From contig NC_058368.1 in NCBI RefSeq assembly GCF_018350175.1, forward strand, positions 195,550,001 to 195,614,000: 64,000 nt of DNA, read 5' to 3'. Both the position numbers and the translations under genes were made by a program. Under the pieces are notes generated by a model, which ran no database searches, was not told the DNA's origin, and was given only the letters and a program-made list of their open reading frames with translations. The DNA is from Felis catus. Its lineage: Eukaryota. How positions within the stretch are numbered: the first letter of the stretch is position 1; each line of letters begins with the position of its first letter. Of the stretch, positions 35,601 through 47,959 are shown piece by piece.

Positions 35601-38600
35601 GCATGAACAGGGGAGGGTCAGAGAGAGGGAGACACAGAATCTGAAATAGGCTCCAGGCTCTGAGCTGTCAGCACAGAGCCCGACACGGGGCTCGAACTCA
35701 CGGACCGTAAGATCATGACCTGAGCCGAAGTCGGACGCTTAACCGACCAAGCCACCCAGGCGCCCCTTGAAGGGAACATTTTGATCGAGCTTCCTGTCCG
35801 TCATTAGATGTCCCTTCCCTCAAGACATCTCTTTCCCCATGATGGCAGTGCCTCATCTTTCGTTTGCAGCCCTGTCCTCAACACCGCGCAGGGTAGAAGT
35901 GCAGGAACAGCAACAGGGGAGAGGGTCCTCAGCTTGCTGCCGCGACCCGTGCCCTCCCACCTTCTCCTCTTCTCCTTCTTCCTGGCACCTTGGAGTCCCA
36001 TGGTCTTGGCGACTTTGGGAGTCTGCACTGAGCACTGAGGAACCTGGGCCGCCTCCCTGAATGTTCTTGCTTGCCCTTGTGCCTGGGACTTTTCCATGCT
36101 GTTTCCTGTGCCGAGCCTTCCCCCTCTCTGCTTTTCCCGTCCCCCGCCCCCAGTCCTTGGGGCCGCTCTGTCACTCCTCCTTTAGGGCTCATTTTAGAAC
36201 TCACCTCCAGGAAGTCTTCTTGGATTTGCTCAGAATATATTCACAGTCATTCATCCATCCTCATGCCTATCCATCCAGGAAACAGATATTCAGTGAGTAC
36301 TTAGTTGTGCCAGGCTCTGTGCTGGGTGCTAGGAATGCTCGGTGAGCAAAACACACACTGCTAGGGCTTTCTCAAGGGACTGTGTCTTTTCTGGTCCCAG
36401 GATTTGGCGTGTGTTACTAGCTCTCCTTCTCTGCCCAGGGGTGTGATCAGGTTGCAGGGGATTCACGGGTGGCGGGAAGAAGGCCGTGTCCCTTTTCCGG
36501 TCACCGGCCCTGTCAGAACTTTAAATAGCAACCCTGCGCCCACGCATGCATACCTCAGAGGGGCAGCATCTGCAAACAAACCAAGGGGGCGTCCACACAG
36601 CTGGCCAGGTCCTTCAGTGTGGGCCCTGGGGGTGCAGGAGGCTGTCAGAGGCTCATTTTTGCCTTTGCTTCTTACTCCTTTTTCTTTTAATTAAATGTTT
36701 TTTAACATTTATTTATTTTTGAGAGTGGGGGAGGGGCAGAGAGAGGATCTGAAGCAGGCTCAGCGCTGTGATCGTGGAGCCCGAGGCAGGGCTCAAACCC
36801 ATGAACCCTGAGATCATGACCTGAGCCAAAATCAAGTCAGTCTCTTCACCAGCTGAGCCACCCAGGTGCCCCTGCTTCTTATTCCATTAAGGCATGGTGT
36901 TTGTGCACCCTTAACCCTTGCACAAAGCCTTTCCTGGTTCCCTCCCTTAGCTGGAACCGGCCTCCACTGTCTTCCCAAATTACTATGCCTCTCTCCTAGG
37001 GTATTTATTACGAGCTCTGTGCTGATTTGTGTGCATGTCTCTCTTCTGGGTCCGAAGCTCATGAAAGACAGGGTCAGGTGTTCTTTCTTCCCGAATCTTC
37101 AGCCCTTAACGTTGGCCCCGGCCCAGGCTTAAGTGCCCTGTCACCATGCCGTGTGCTCAGCGCCTTGGGCTGTGGCATCCCCAGCTCTCCCAGTTCTCGG
37201 CCACTCTCCTGGCCCCATACTTCTCTGGGGCCATGTAGCTGACCCACATCTGACTTCTCTGTGAACCAGCCCATTGTGCATTCAAGTTCGATGTCTAAGA
37301 TCCTCTGGCTCTGCCTCTCCTCCCTTTCACCCCAAGGACCCAGCCAGCTTGTCCTCAGATGCCAGTTGCCAGCTCAGCTTACTGGGACCAGAAGGGCGGC
37401 ACCTTGTCTTGGCATCGATTCTGAGGGTGGCTCTGGGCTTCCCTTGGGCCATGACCTCCCCCTCAGAAGCTGGCAGCCGCAAGGTTTCTAGAGCTGGAGA
37501 GCAGAGGGGAACAGACCAGAGATCTGGGGTCTGTGGGATCCCCGGCAAGAGGCTTTCCTTCTTTGGGCTTGGTTTGTTTTCGTGATAACAGATCATCTTA
37601 AGTGCTCCCACGGGTTGGAAACACATGAGTGAAGGCAAAAGGGCCTTATAAACTGTAAAGTGCTGTGAAAATAGGCAGAGCTCTCGTTACTCTTGTAGGG
37701 ATCATCTCTACCCCTTGCACTCAGCCTGGCTTTTCTCCCTCCTGGGTTCTGGGAATGTTGTGCAGTACTGTGGGCTCAACAGAGCCACCCTCCCATGGGG
37801 AAATGGCACTGTCCTTGGGGACAGGCTGTGGCAGGAGGTGTAGGGAGAGTCGTCCCTACCCTTGCCCAGGCTTTCTGTGGCCAGTGCTTAATTTCAGAGG
37901 AAGGGAACTCAGCCTAGACTCTGACTGTGCCCGGGCTTAAGAGTGTGACCTGGGGTTGGGGCTGGGAACTCAAGGTCAGCAGTTTACGTTCCTTTCTCTC
38001 TCCACAGGGCACCAAGTACCGGGGCTCCATTCATGACTTCCCAGACTTTGACCCCAGCCGGGACGCCGAGGCTCTGTACACGGCCATGAAGGGCTTTGGT
38101 GGGTGCTCAGCTACCAGCAGGGGAGCCCTAGGAAAGGGAGCTTGGGGACGTTCCCACATGTGGGCACAGCCCACGCCCCTGCTGGGGGCAAGGGGGCCAG
38201 TGAAATGTTGAGACGTGCTCACTGATTCTTTTGTCTCCTCTTTGTATTATTCTTCATAATTTTATAATGAACTATTCCAGACCAACCCAAAGGTCTAAAT
38301 AATAGAAGCTTCACCCACCAGCCTGCCACCCACCTTGAGGAATTGCACTCGCTTCCTCGTAGAGTTGAAACCTCCTTGATAGGTCTGTTCCTGAAGCATC
38401 ACTCCTGCCTTTCCTCTTGGGGTAACCACTACCCTGAACTTGGTGCTGGTTATTCTCTTTTATTTTTCTCATTGTTGAAGGAACCCTGTCTTGGGTGTTA
38501 GGATACCTGGGTTTTTCTAAGCCAGGTCTCACTGTAAAAGCTTGGATGAGACCTTGTTCCTCTCTGGACCTCAGTTTCATCATGGGTCTGATGAGGGGGC

Positions 38601-41600
38601 TGGATCACAGGTCCTTCGAGCTCAGAGACTATGGGTGCTGTGATCCTTCTCAGTAGGGGCCTGACGGGTCCCCATAGATCCTCCCCCACCCATACCACTG
38701 CCTCATGAAGGCTGGTCCTGAAGACTGCAGGGAGTAGCCCTGGTGGGCTTCCTGGAGGCAGGTTGGGGTAGGGTAACAGGTGCCCTCCTGTCTTCCAGGC
38801 AGTGACAAGGAGGCCATATTGGAGCTAATCACTTCTCGGAGCAACAGGCAGAGGCAAGAGATCTGCCAGAGCTACAAGTCCCTCTATGGCAAGGTAACCA
38901 TGGCAACTGGAGGGCAGGTGGGGTGGGGCTGGGGAGCTGACTTCATATGCCTGTGTGTTCATTCAGGGTCTTTCCTCTTTTATTCCAGCTCAGCCTCTGT
39001 GCTGACCGTTCTGCCTTCCTTTCTCTTCAGCCACAGATACATCTCCAACACTTGCTACATGCTTGGGCACTGTGCTCGGTGTTAGGGCTACACAGGGGAA
39101 GGAGACCTGTGAGGTGTCAGCCCTGTGGACTCACAGATAGTGGGAGACACACCCAGTAAACAAGTAAACAGACAATGCTGGGGAAGAGACACGGTGCCAT
39201 GGACTTGAATCCTGCACCGCCATTTGCTAGCTGCATGATTTGGGGCAAGTTACCTGACGTCTCTAAGCCCGTGTCTTAGGGTTGATGATAGCACACGCCT
39301 CCAAAAGTGACAATTCCATGCGCTTACGTAGCCTGGTGCCTTACAGCGTAGGTGCTCATTAAATGCGATTCTTATCATAAGTGCTCCTCCCCTTCCTCCT
39401 CCGTCTCGTCCTCCCTCCCTTCCCCTGACCCTCAACACAGGACCTCATTGCTGACTTGAAGTATGAGCTGACGGGGAAGTTTGAACGACTGATTGTGGGT
39501 CTCATGAGGCCACTTGCCTATTGCGATGCCAAAGAAATTAAAGATGCCATCTCGGTAAGAAGCGTGGGTCTGTGTATGAGTGTTGCAGGCGGGGGTGTGA
39601 TTAGTGGGAGGGTTCTGGTCCCTGCAGCACGTACTCCATGAGCCCTGTACCCGCCAGCAGGGTGCCCTGCTGCAGGAGACAGCTTGCTCAAACCCCATCC
39701 CAGAGGGGCGCCACAGTCTCCTCCAGATGGACAGAGTGGGACAGATGTCGGTGGGAGGCAGACCTCGTCAGGCGGGCCCTTGGCCCGGGCCCCAACCCAG
39801 CAGCTTACAGCCCCGAGGAAGCAGGATACAGGGACGTGAAGACAAATTACGCTCAATACCCAAAGGCCAGGAGAATACTAAAGGAGGTCAGGAGGGCAGG
39901 CCCAGGGTGACTTGAGGGGGCGTCACAGAAAATGAGAGATCAAGTTGTGCCCAGAAGCCTGGGGAGGATTTGGTTGATTGGAGTGAGAAGGTCCTTCCGG
40001 GCCGGGTAAGAAACGTCAGGAGCGGTGGTGGAGGTGTGTTCAGGATGGGAGGGGCAGCTCGGTGTGGTCGAAGGAGCGGGTAGCCCCCCAGCAAGCAGGG
40101 AAGGATCAAAGGTACACCCTTAAGTGTACCTGGCACTTTACAGTGTGTAAAGTGCTGTCATCTTTGCCTCGGATGAGCTATCCAGCATGAACGCACTTCA
40201 TACGTTGGTAAGTTCAGCGATGTGAGAGATGGCCTTCAATGTCCTGAGGAGTTTGGCAGAGCACCTGGCGTCTTTTCCATTTTACAGATGGGAAAACCGA
40301 GGCCCAGAAAGACAGTTTCTTAATGAGAGGTCACAAAGCAAGCTGCTGGCAGAGGCAGGACTAGAATCTATGTCTTTTGATGCTCAGGGCAGCAAGCGGC
40401 TCCAGTCTGGTGACCAAGAGCTATGGTAGGACCACCCTGACATTCCCTGCTGGGAATGTCATAGCTCTGGCCACTCCAGGAACCCAGCCCATGGCCGGTG
40501 GCGGCCTCCCATCCCAGCCCTGGCGCCTGTGTCCCTTGTCTTCTCCCGGGGCATCGGCACTGACGAGAAGTGCCCAGCCCCGACGCCTGTGTCCCTTCTC
40601 TTCTCCCAGGGCATCGGCACTGACGAGAAGTGCCTCATTGAGATCTTGGCTTCTCGGACCAATGAGCAGATCCACCAGCTGGTGGCAGCATACAAAGATG
40701 GTGAGATGGGCCGAAGGGGCCGTTCAGCACTTTCAGATAGGCAGTGAGGGTAATTGCAAGGGTGGGGCCCCAAGACTCTCCATCCACCTGCTTTCCTCCT
40801 TCCCTCTGATCTGTCCATCATCTCACCCGCTCATAAATAGCTGCCCTGTGCAGCACTGCTCTAGGTTCTCAGGATATGGTGGGAGGGCAAAACCCATGTC
40901 GTCCTTGCCCCCTAGAACTCGCAGACTAACAAGGTGACAAGGGATACAGACGAGACACAGGTAAACACGGTGATGACACATTGTGGTTAAGTGTTATGAA
41001 GGAAACAAACAAGGTAACAAGAATCAGACTTTAATTGGGGAGGACCTGCTCCAGACAAGTGGTCAGGGAAAGCGTGTCTTGGGAGGAAATGAGAAAGAAG
41101 GAACCTGTTGTGGAAGGAGTGGGGAGAAGATCCTGCAGGCAAAGGGAAAAGCAAGTCCAAAGGCCCTGGGGCAGAATTAATTCTGGTAGCCGGTGTGAGG
41201 CCAGAAGGGTCGAGAGCAGGACAGGGTCACATGGGGCCTTGCAGGCCAAGAGGAGGCAGTGTTTTGTTCCAAGAATAGTGGGAAGCAGGGGAGCTCATGA
41301 TCAGAGAGGGCTTCAAGAGTCACCTTTGTTGCTGTGGATTGGAGGGCGAGGGGAGCAGAAGCAGGAGGGAACAGTTAGAAGGCTGTAGCCACCGTCCAGG
41401 TGAGCAGCCATGGTACCCTGGGTAGATGGCACAGGTGGGGATAAGGGAAGTGGGCAGATGCCATCTCTGTGTCAGGCTCAGTACAAAGCACTGTGAAAGA
41501 TACATCCTGGGTCTTTCCACGGCCATCATGGAGACTGGGTTTTGGGATTTGTAACAAATATCTGATCGTCTTGGATAATGGATCCCTGAGGTCTCATGGG

Positions 41601-44600
41601 GATGGGACTAGAACTTGTGTTCCTTCCCTGCAGCCTACGAGCGAGACCTGGAGGCTGACATCATTGGCGACACCTCTGGCCACTTCCAGAAGATGCTCGT
41701 GGTCCTGCTCCAGGTTGGTCTACGTGGGGGCCCTCCCTGGAGCTCTCTACCAGAGTGCGGGCAGAGGGCTGTGGGCACCTTCGGCCTGTTGCCCCAGACA
41801 GGGTGGTCTGTGAGGGGCTCCTCGGTGGCTCCTCAGGTATAAAGTCCTCGTAAGCTGTGGCCGCTCCCTCCCCCAGCTGCCCTTTTATCCTCGAATTTGA
41901 GATGGGTTCTCTCTGGCTCATGTGGGTATAGAATCTGAGCATCCAGGGGCCTGCTCTGTTGTCCTCGGTTTGTAGAAGCGAGAAGACGACCCGCATCTCT
42001 CTGTCTCACGTCCCTTCTCTTTTGTGCCCAGGAATATTGTCTCCTATGGCCTTCCTCTCCCCACCCTCTCTCCCGCCCCTCCCACTCCTCTCCAGGCCTC
42101 TCTCCTGCCATTGTTTTCCCAGCCGTGTTTGACACGGCTGGCACGTCCCTGTGTCGCCAGCAGAGATGTGGCCTTTCTGGGGCTGCCTGCATTGCACCTC
42201 CCACAGCCAACCCCCGCCACCCCTGCCTCCCACCCACGAGTGCTTAAAAAGGGACCATGAAGAGGCTGCAGATGGTGTCCACAGCCCACTTCAATCTGCC
42301 AAGTTTTTTTTTTTCTGTTGGTTTTCCCATACAATGTGTTTTAAAAATTTTTTTAAATGTTTATTCATTTTGAGAGAGAGAGTGGGGAGGGGCAGAGAGA
42401 GAGGGAGACACAGAATCCGAAGCAGGTTGCAGGCTCTCAGCTGTCAGCACAGAGCCCGATGTGGGGCTCAAACTCACAGACTGTGAGATCATGACCTGAG
42501 CTGAAGTCGGACCCTCAACCGACTGGGCCACCCAGGCACCCCCACAATGTGTTTTTTTTTTTTAAAAATGCTTTGAGTTACTTGCTAACATTTAAAAATA
42601 GGGAGCTTTTGCTCAAAAGCCAGATTTCTACACTCTTTTGAATACCTGAAAGTTCTGGCAACAGCAGGCTTGTGTTCTCTGTGACGGCAGGGGGCTAGAA
42701 AACATGTCCCGCTCCACTGCCCCACCTTCACCTGCCCGGCTGCCCGGAAGTCTCTGTGACCACAGGCTCTGTGGGGACAGGTATTGAGAAGTTTGAAGCC
42801 CAGCTTCAAGGACCAAACTTTTAGGAAGTTTTATATAGAAATTCAGCCACTTCTTTGTTTCTTTCACCTCGTCCCTTCCCGTAACACATTCTACCACGGC
42901 TGCCACCAGGCTTTTTCTCCGTTGCCATAGCAATCCGTATCCCATATGAAGCAGCTGGGGAACGGTCAGGAACATCCGGAGTAGGAAAGTGTGACCTTTG
43001 CCCCCATGTTCAAAGCCACTTGTTCTGGAGAGGAGAGCTCCAACTCCTCCCCAGCATCTAACAGCCGGTGGGCAGTGTCGCGGCATGGATTGTAAATGTG
43101 GGTACTCTGTCTTCTTAAGCTCAGTCCCCAAGAGAAGCAAGGGCTTTGGGATCCTGAGATGCACAATCCAGGGGGGAAGAGGAGTTAAGCAGTAGGTCTG
43201 ACCTGTGCCCACGTAACTAAGATGTCCAGTAAGGCTGGGCCCTGTCCCCTGGGAGTATTGTCCTTTTTCGGATGGGACACAGAGCATGGGCAGAGCAGCA
43301 GAAGCACCAGTAGGATTTGGTGCCTTCACTGCTTGTGAGTTCGGATCTCAGGGTCCAAGTCTCAGATCCTCACTGGTGAGTTCTTTGGGTTAAGTTATGG
43401 GAGCCCTCAGTAGAACGCAGACGTGCAGACTCTTTACCCCTGCAGTATCCTTGTTGGAGGGCATCGTGAGCCATACCGGGACTTGTGTGGGGTCCTGTTC
43501 TCAGTACAGGCCCTGGCTTGCTCTGGGATGGGACACCTGGAGGGACCTTGGTCATTGCCCAGACTCTCCTCTTCCATCCCAGCTCTGAGGATAAAAGGAA
43601 AAGCCAGTGGGCGGGACCCTACGATTCCCTTTCACCGAGTAGGTGCTTTGGCTTTGATGAAGTGGCAGCCGTAAGTTACTGCTCCAGGACACTTCTGGGC
43701 CACCACCCTCCCTGTTTCCACCCCTGACATCCAGGCCTTCCCCTCCCCACCGTCCCTGGCTCTGGTATTTGAACCTCATGTACCCATGTCTCTGCCCAGG
43801 GAACCAGGGAGGCGGACGATGTGGTGAGCGAGGATTTGGTGCAGCAGGATGTCCAGGTAAACCAGCACCAAGGGAGGCACAGCAAGGGAGCCCCAAGAGA
43901 GGGGAGGTTGGGGATCCGGGGAAGGGTCCCAGGTGAAGCAATGTGCATGAAACACCAGAAATAACCAGTTCACGGCCGGCATTTTTATAGCATGTTGTTG
44001 AAGAAAGGATTTATTATCTTTCAAAGGCACACAATGTATACAAAGTTGGTAAGATATATTTTGGAGCTTTTGTCATTCATTCATTCATTTGTTCAGTTAA
44101 TATTTATTGAACACCTACTATGTGTCAGACACTCGACCAAGCACTGGGGAATCACTAGTGAACAAAATCAGACAGTGTTGGGAGAGACAGGCATACAAAC
44201 AGCTTCTCTATGGATATATCATTACATATATATCATTATAATACACAGTGGAGCAAAGCTATAGAGAAGCAGAAAACTGTAGGAGCCTAGAAGTGGGAAG
44301 GAGGGGAGGAAAGAGAACTCTGCTTTGGGGACATCAGGAAGTACTTTGAGAACAAATGGGACATTTACTCTGGGGCTTGAAGGTTGAGTAGGAGTTCCCC
44401 CAGAAAGAGAAGAAGGTATACAGGTGTATGCAAAGGTCCTGAGGCTACCAATTACTGGTATGATCAGGGATCCAGCAGCAGTTGATTGGCTTGGCCAGGG
44501 AGTTCTCTCCTCTTTCAATGAAGTTCTTCCTCTTTCCTTTCAGGACCTGTACGAGGCAGGGGAACTGAAATGGGGAACAGATGAAGCCCAGTTCATTTAC

Positions 44601-47600
44601 ATTTTGGGAAATCGCAGCAAGCAGCATCTTCGTTTGGGTAAGTTCCAGAGAAGAAAGACCTACAGCTGGTCCCTTAGGGTTGTGCCTGGAATTCCATTCT
44701 TTTTTTCCTTTTCTCCTAATAGAGCACGATAGCTACTTCATCTACAACTCAAGTACTAGTCCCAGTTTTATCAGATGGTGGTCTGTATAGTCCCTCAGCA
44801 AAGTCCTTAACAGGACGCTCAACCTTTCCTTCTGAGTACCAATCCTGTCCTCATGCTGGAGTGAAGTACATGTAGTCTCACCTCATACACGGCATGAGTG
44901 CACAGTGGCTGGTGGTGTGCCAGGCCTCCTGCCAGCTAGCTCCTCAAATACCAGCCCTACCTTCATGTTGGGCACTCTAGTCCTGGCCACAGCGCCCTCC
45001 CCTCCTGAGGTCTTGGGTTCTTCTCAGTGTTATGGGAAACTCTCAACATCCTTGTCTCTCTGACTCAGTGTTTGATGAGTATCTAAAGACCACGGGGAAG
45101 CCGATTGAAGCCAGCATCCGAGGGGAGCTGTCCGGGGACTTTGAGAAGCTGATGCTGGCTGTGGGTACGTCCTGACCTTGCATTCCTAGGGGCTTTGCTG
45201 GATTCTGGGATTCTGGCCCAGGAACAGGGGGCCAAGAATGAAAAAGGGGGGTTATGTGGTATGGAGGCAGGAAGGAGAGAGTCGGATGGGCGATGGATTC
45301 TGAAGGCTGGCCAGAGCACATGGAGGCAGGGAGGGGAGCCTCAGGCCCGGACTTCCTGCCACTCCGTCCCCCGGTGTGTGTGGGAGGGTGAGAGAGAGCA
45401 CTGAGCCTGGGGAAATAACCAGCAGGAGAGCGGACTTGGCATAGAGCATATACGGTGTGCTGGGCGCTGCACTGAGTGTTTAATCTTGAAGAAAGACCCA
45501 GGAGTGGGCATTACCTCCATTTCACAAATGAGGAAACCACATCTCACGGAGGCCGTGTCACTTGCCAGAGAGTGGTTTTGTAATGACTTGGGGGGTACTC
45601 TGAGCATGGGGCGTGCCAGGAGCTGACTAGTTGGTGGTGGAGTCAGGGTTCAAACCCAGGGGCTTCTCCCAGATCTGCCGTTGACTTGGAGCAAGTCACT
45701 GTCCTCTCTGGGTGTCAGTGTCCTCATCTGATAAATGGGGGCAGGGAGGATGGACTGCCTGACCCAGAGGCCCTTAGAAGCTGGACATTGCAGGAGTCGC
45801 TATGTCTGCACCTAGGGTAGGTAGTATGTGCGTTTTGGAGGGGGAAGAGCTGTATCCCCAGGCTATCCTCTTGCACAGAGCTGCCCCTACCAAGTCTGTT
45901 TCAGGCAGTCAGCCTCTAGCCTGCCCTGTCAGCAAGATCCAAAGTGATGTAGCTGCCAGTACCTCTCTGCAGCGGAGGCTAAAGAAACATCTTTCCCACT
46001 TCCACCCCAGATGCTACCCCCCCCCCACCTGGCCCAGTTTGCCTGCAAAACCCCAGAGGACTAGAAAGATGAAGTGGGTTTTTGAGATGCACATCCCACG
46101 TTTCAACAGCCCCTATTTCCTGATTTCGTTATGCTCTGGGTTTGCGTTAAAAGTGGGTGGGGCCTCAGGTTATCAGGAGCCTGGTTCTTCCTGGGTTTGC
46201 ACTTGGGAGTCCCCAGGGAGTAAAAACAAAGAGGGGGTCAGGCCACCCTGACCCGGAGACCGCCAGAATAACTCTGCCTCTTCCTCCCTCCTCTCAGTGA
46301 AGTGTATCCGGAGCACCCCAGAGTATTTTGCTGAAAGGCTATTCAAGGCCATGAAGGTGTGTGGTGGGGTTGGTGGGAACCAGCTGGGGTGGGGGTGGGG
46401 GGATCTATACCCATCCCCATGGGACTGTAGAGATTCTTTGACAAGTCTTTGGGGCCCACTGGCCAAGGAGCCCTCAGGGGATTGGCCACAGGAGAGATTG
46501 ATGAGCACTCTTCCCAGGTGAGCTCCCGAGCCCGGGATGCTGTCCGGTCATGCACCTTCCCACCCAAATACCTACTGTAACTTCCCGATTGATCACAGGG
46601 TGTCATGACAGCCTGCACATGATCCGTCAGCCAGATGGGCTGGAAACCCACACTCTGAAAAAATCTTAATTAACCAGAATGACTAATTAACCAGTGTACG
46701 TAGGCTAGACCACTCTGGAAGATACTTGTTCTTGTCTGCTAAGGCTCGTGATGTTTATCCCAGTGACCCAGCAATTCTACTCTGGATGTGTACCTGAGAA
46801 CAGTGATTCCCACGAGTTTGTGCAGAGGACACACAGCAACTGATGACAATTCCATAGCACAGCAGGGTGCATGAATGTAGTCATTTGTGGCCAGATGCCA
46901 CAGACCCAAGGCCCCGGGAACTCAGGCCTTCCCGGCCCTGTGTGTCCAGCCCACAAGGGCAAGTGAACTGTAGCCCGTTCACTGTCTTGCATTGTGCCAG
47001 AGTAAAGCCTGGCAGCTCAGCCGGGGAGAGATGGCTCCTGTGTGCATGCATTCATGAGACCGTTCGTGGCAGTACTGGCCATATTAGGAAAGAATGAGAA
47101 ACAACCCAGTGTCCGTCAGGAGTACCAGGAGAAATGAATGGACAGTGGTGTATTTACATAGTTCCGAGATGTACAGACCTAAACAGTATTTGCTTAGAGT
47201 TGCAAAGTTATGGTAAAATGATAAGGAAAACCAAGAATGGGGCTGATGTTTGAATGGGGAGGGAACATCGAAGCAGGAGGGACACGGGGGGGGCTTCAGG
47301 GAGAGTGGCAATATTTTGCTTCTTTTGTTCTTCCTTTTAATGTCTCATCATGACCATGGTATTTTCACTTAAGCTGGGGGCTGTTTGCACTTGAGCCTCC
47401 GCTCACGTCCCTGTCCCCCAAACCCATTTGTTTTCCAGGGCCTGGGGACCCGGGACAACACTCTGATCCGCATCATGGTCTCCCGTAGTGAGCTAGACAT
47501 GCTGGACATTCGGGAGATATTCCGGACCAAGTACGAAAAGTCCCTGTATAGCATGATCAAGGTGAGCGGAGCTAACAGGGGGGACGGAGAGGAGCAGAGG

Positions 47601-47913
47601 GCTCGAGACCCACTCCCAGGAGAAAAGAGCTGTCCCAGAGAGCTAGGAGTCTCTTGGGGATTCCAGGAGCCCCTGCCTCGTGGCGCATTCAGGGAATGGA
47701 AAGCAATTCGATAGAGAAGCAAGCGTCTGGTGGTACTTGAGTCCCAAAGCTCCAGAGGAAGGCGGGACTGGGTCAGGAAGGGCATGCAGGCTGAATTAAG
47801 GGTGAGGACTCTATCCCAAAGGCAGGGAGAGGTCAGGCTCCAAGGGGGAGAATGCTTGGCCCCAGGCCAGGTGATTTGTAATGACTGGGGGGGGTCTAGC
47901 CCATGAGACTTGG

Positions 47914-47959
<46 letters not shown>

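Noticed and set aside
42628..43329. 233-aa antisense ORF in ANXA6 intron 7
   Set aside because: No domain similarity, promoter or splice support
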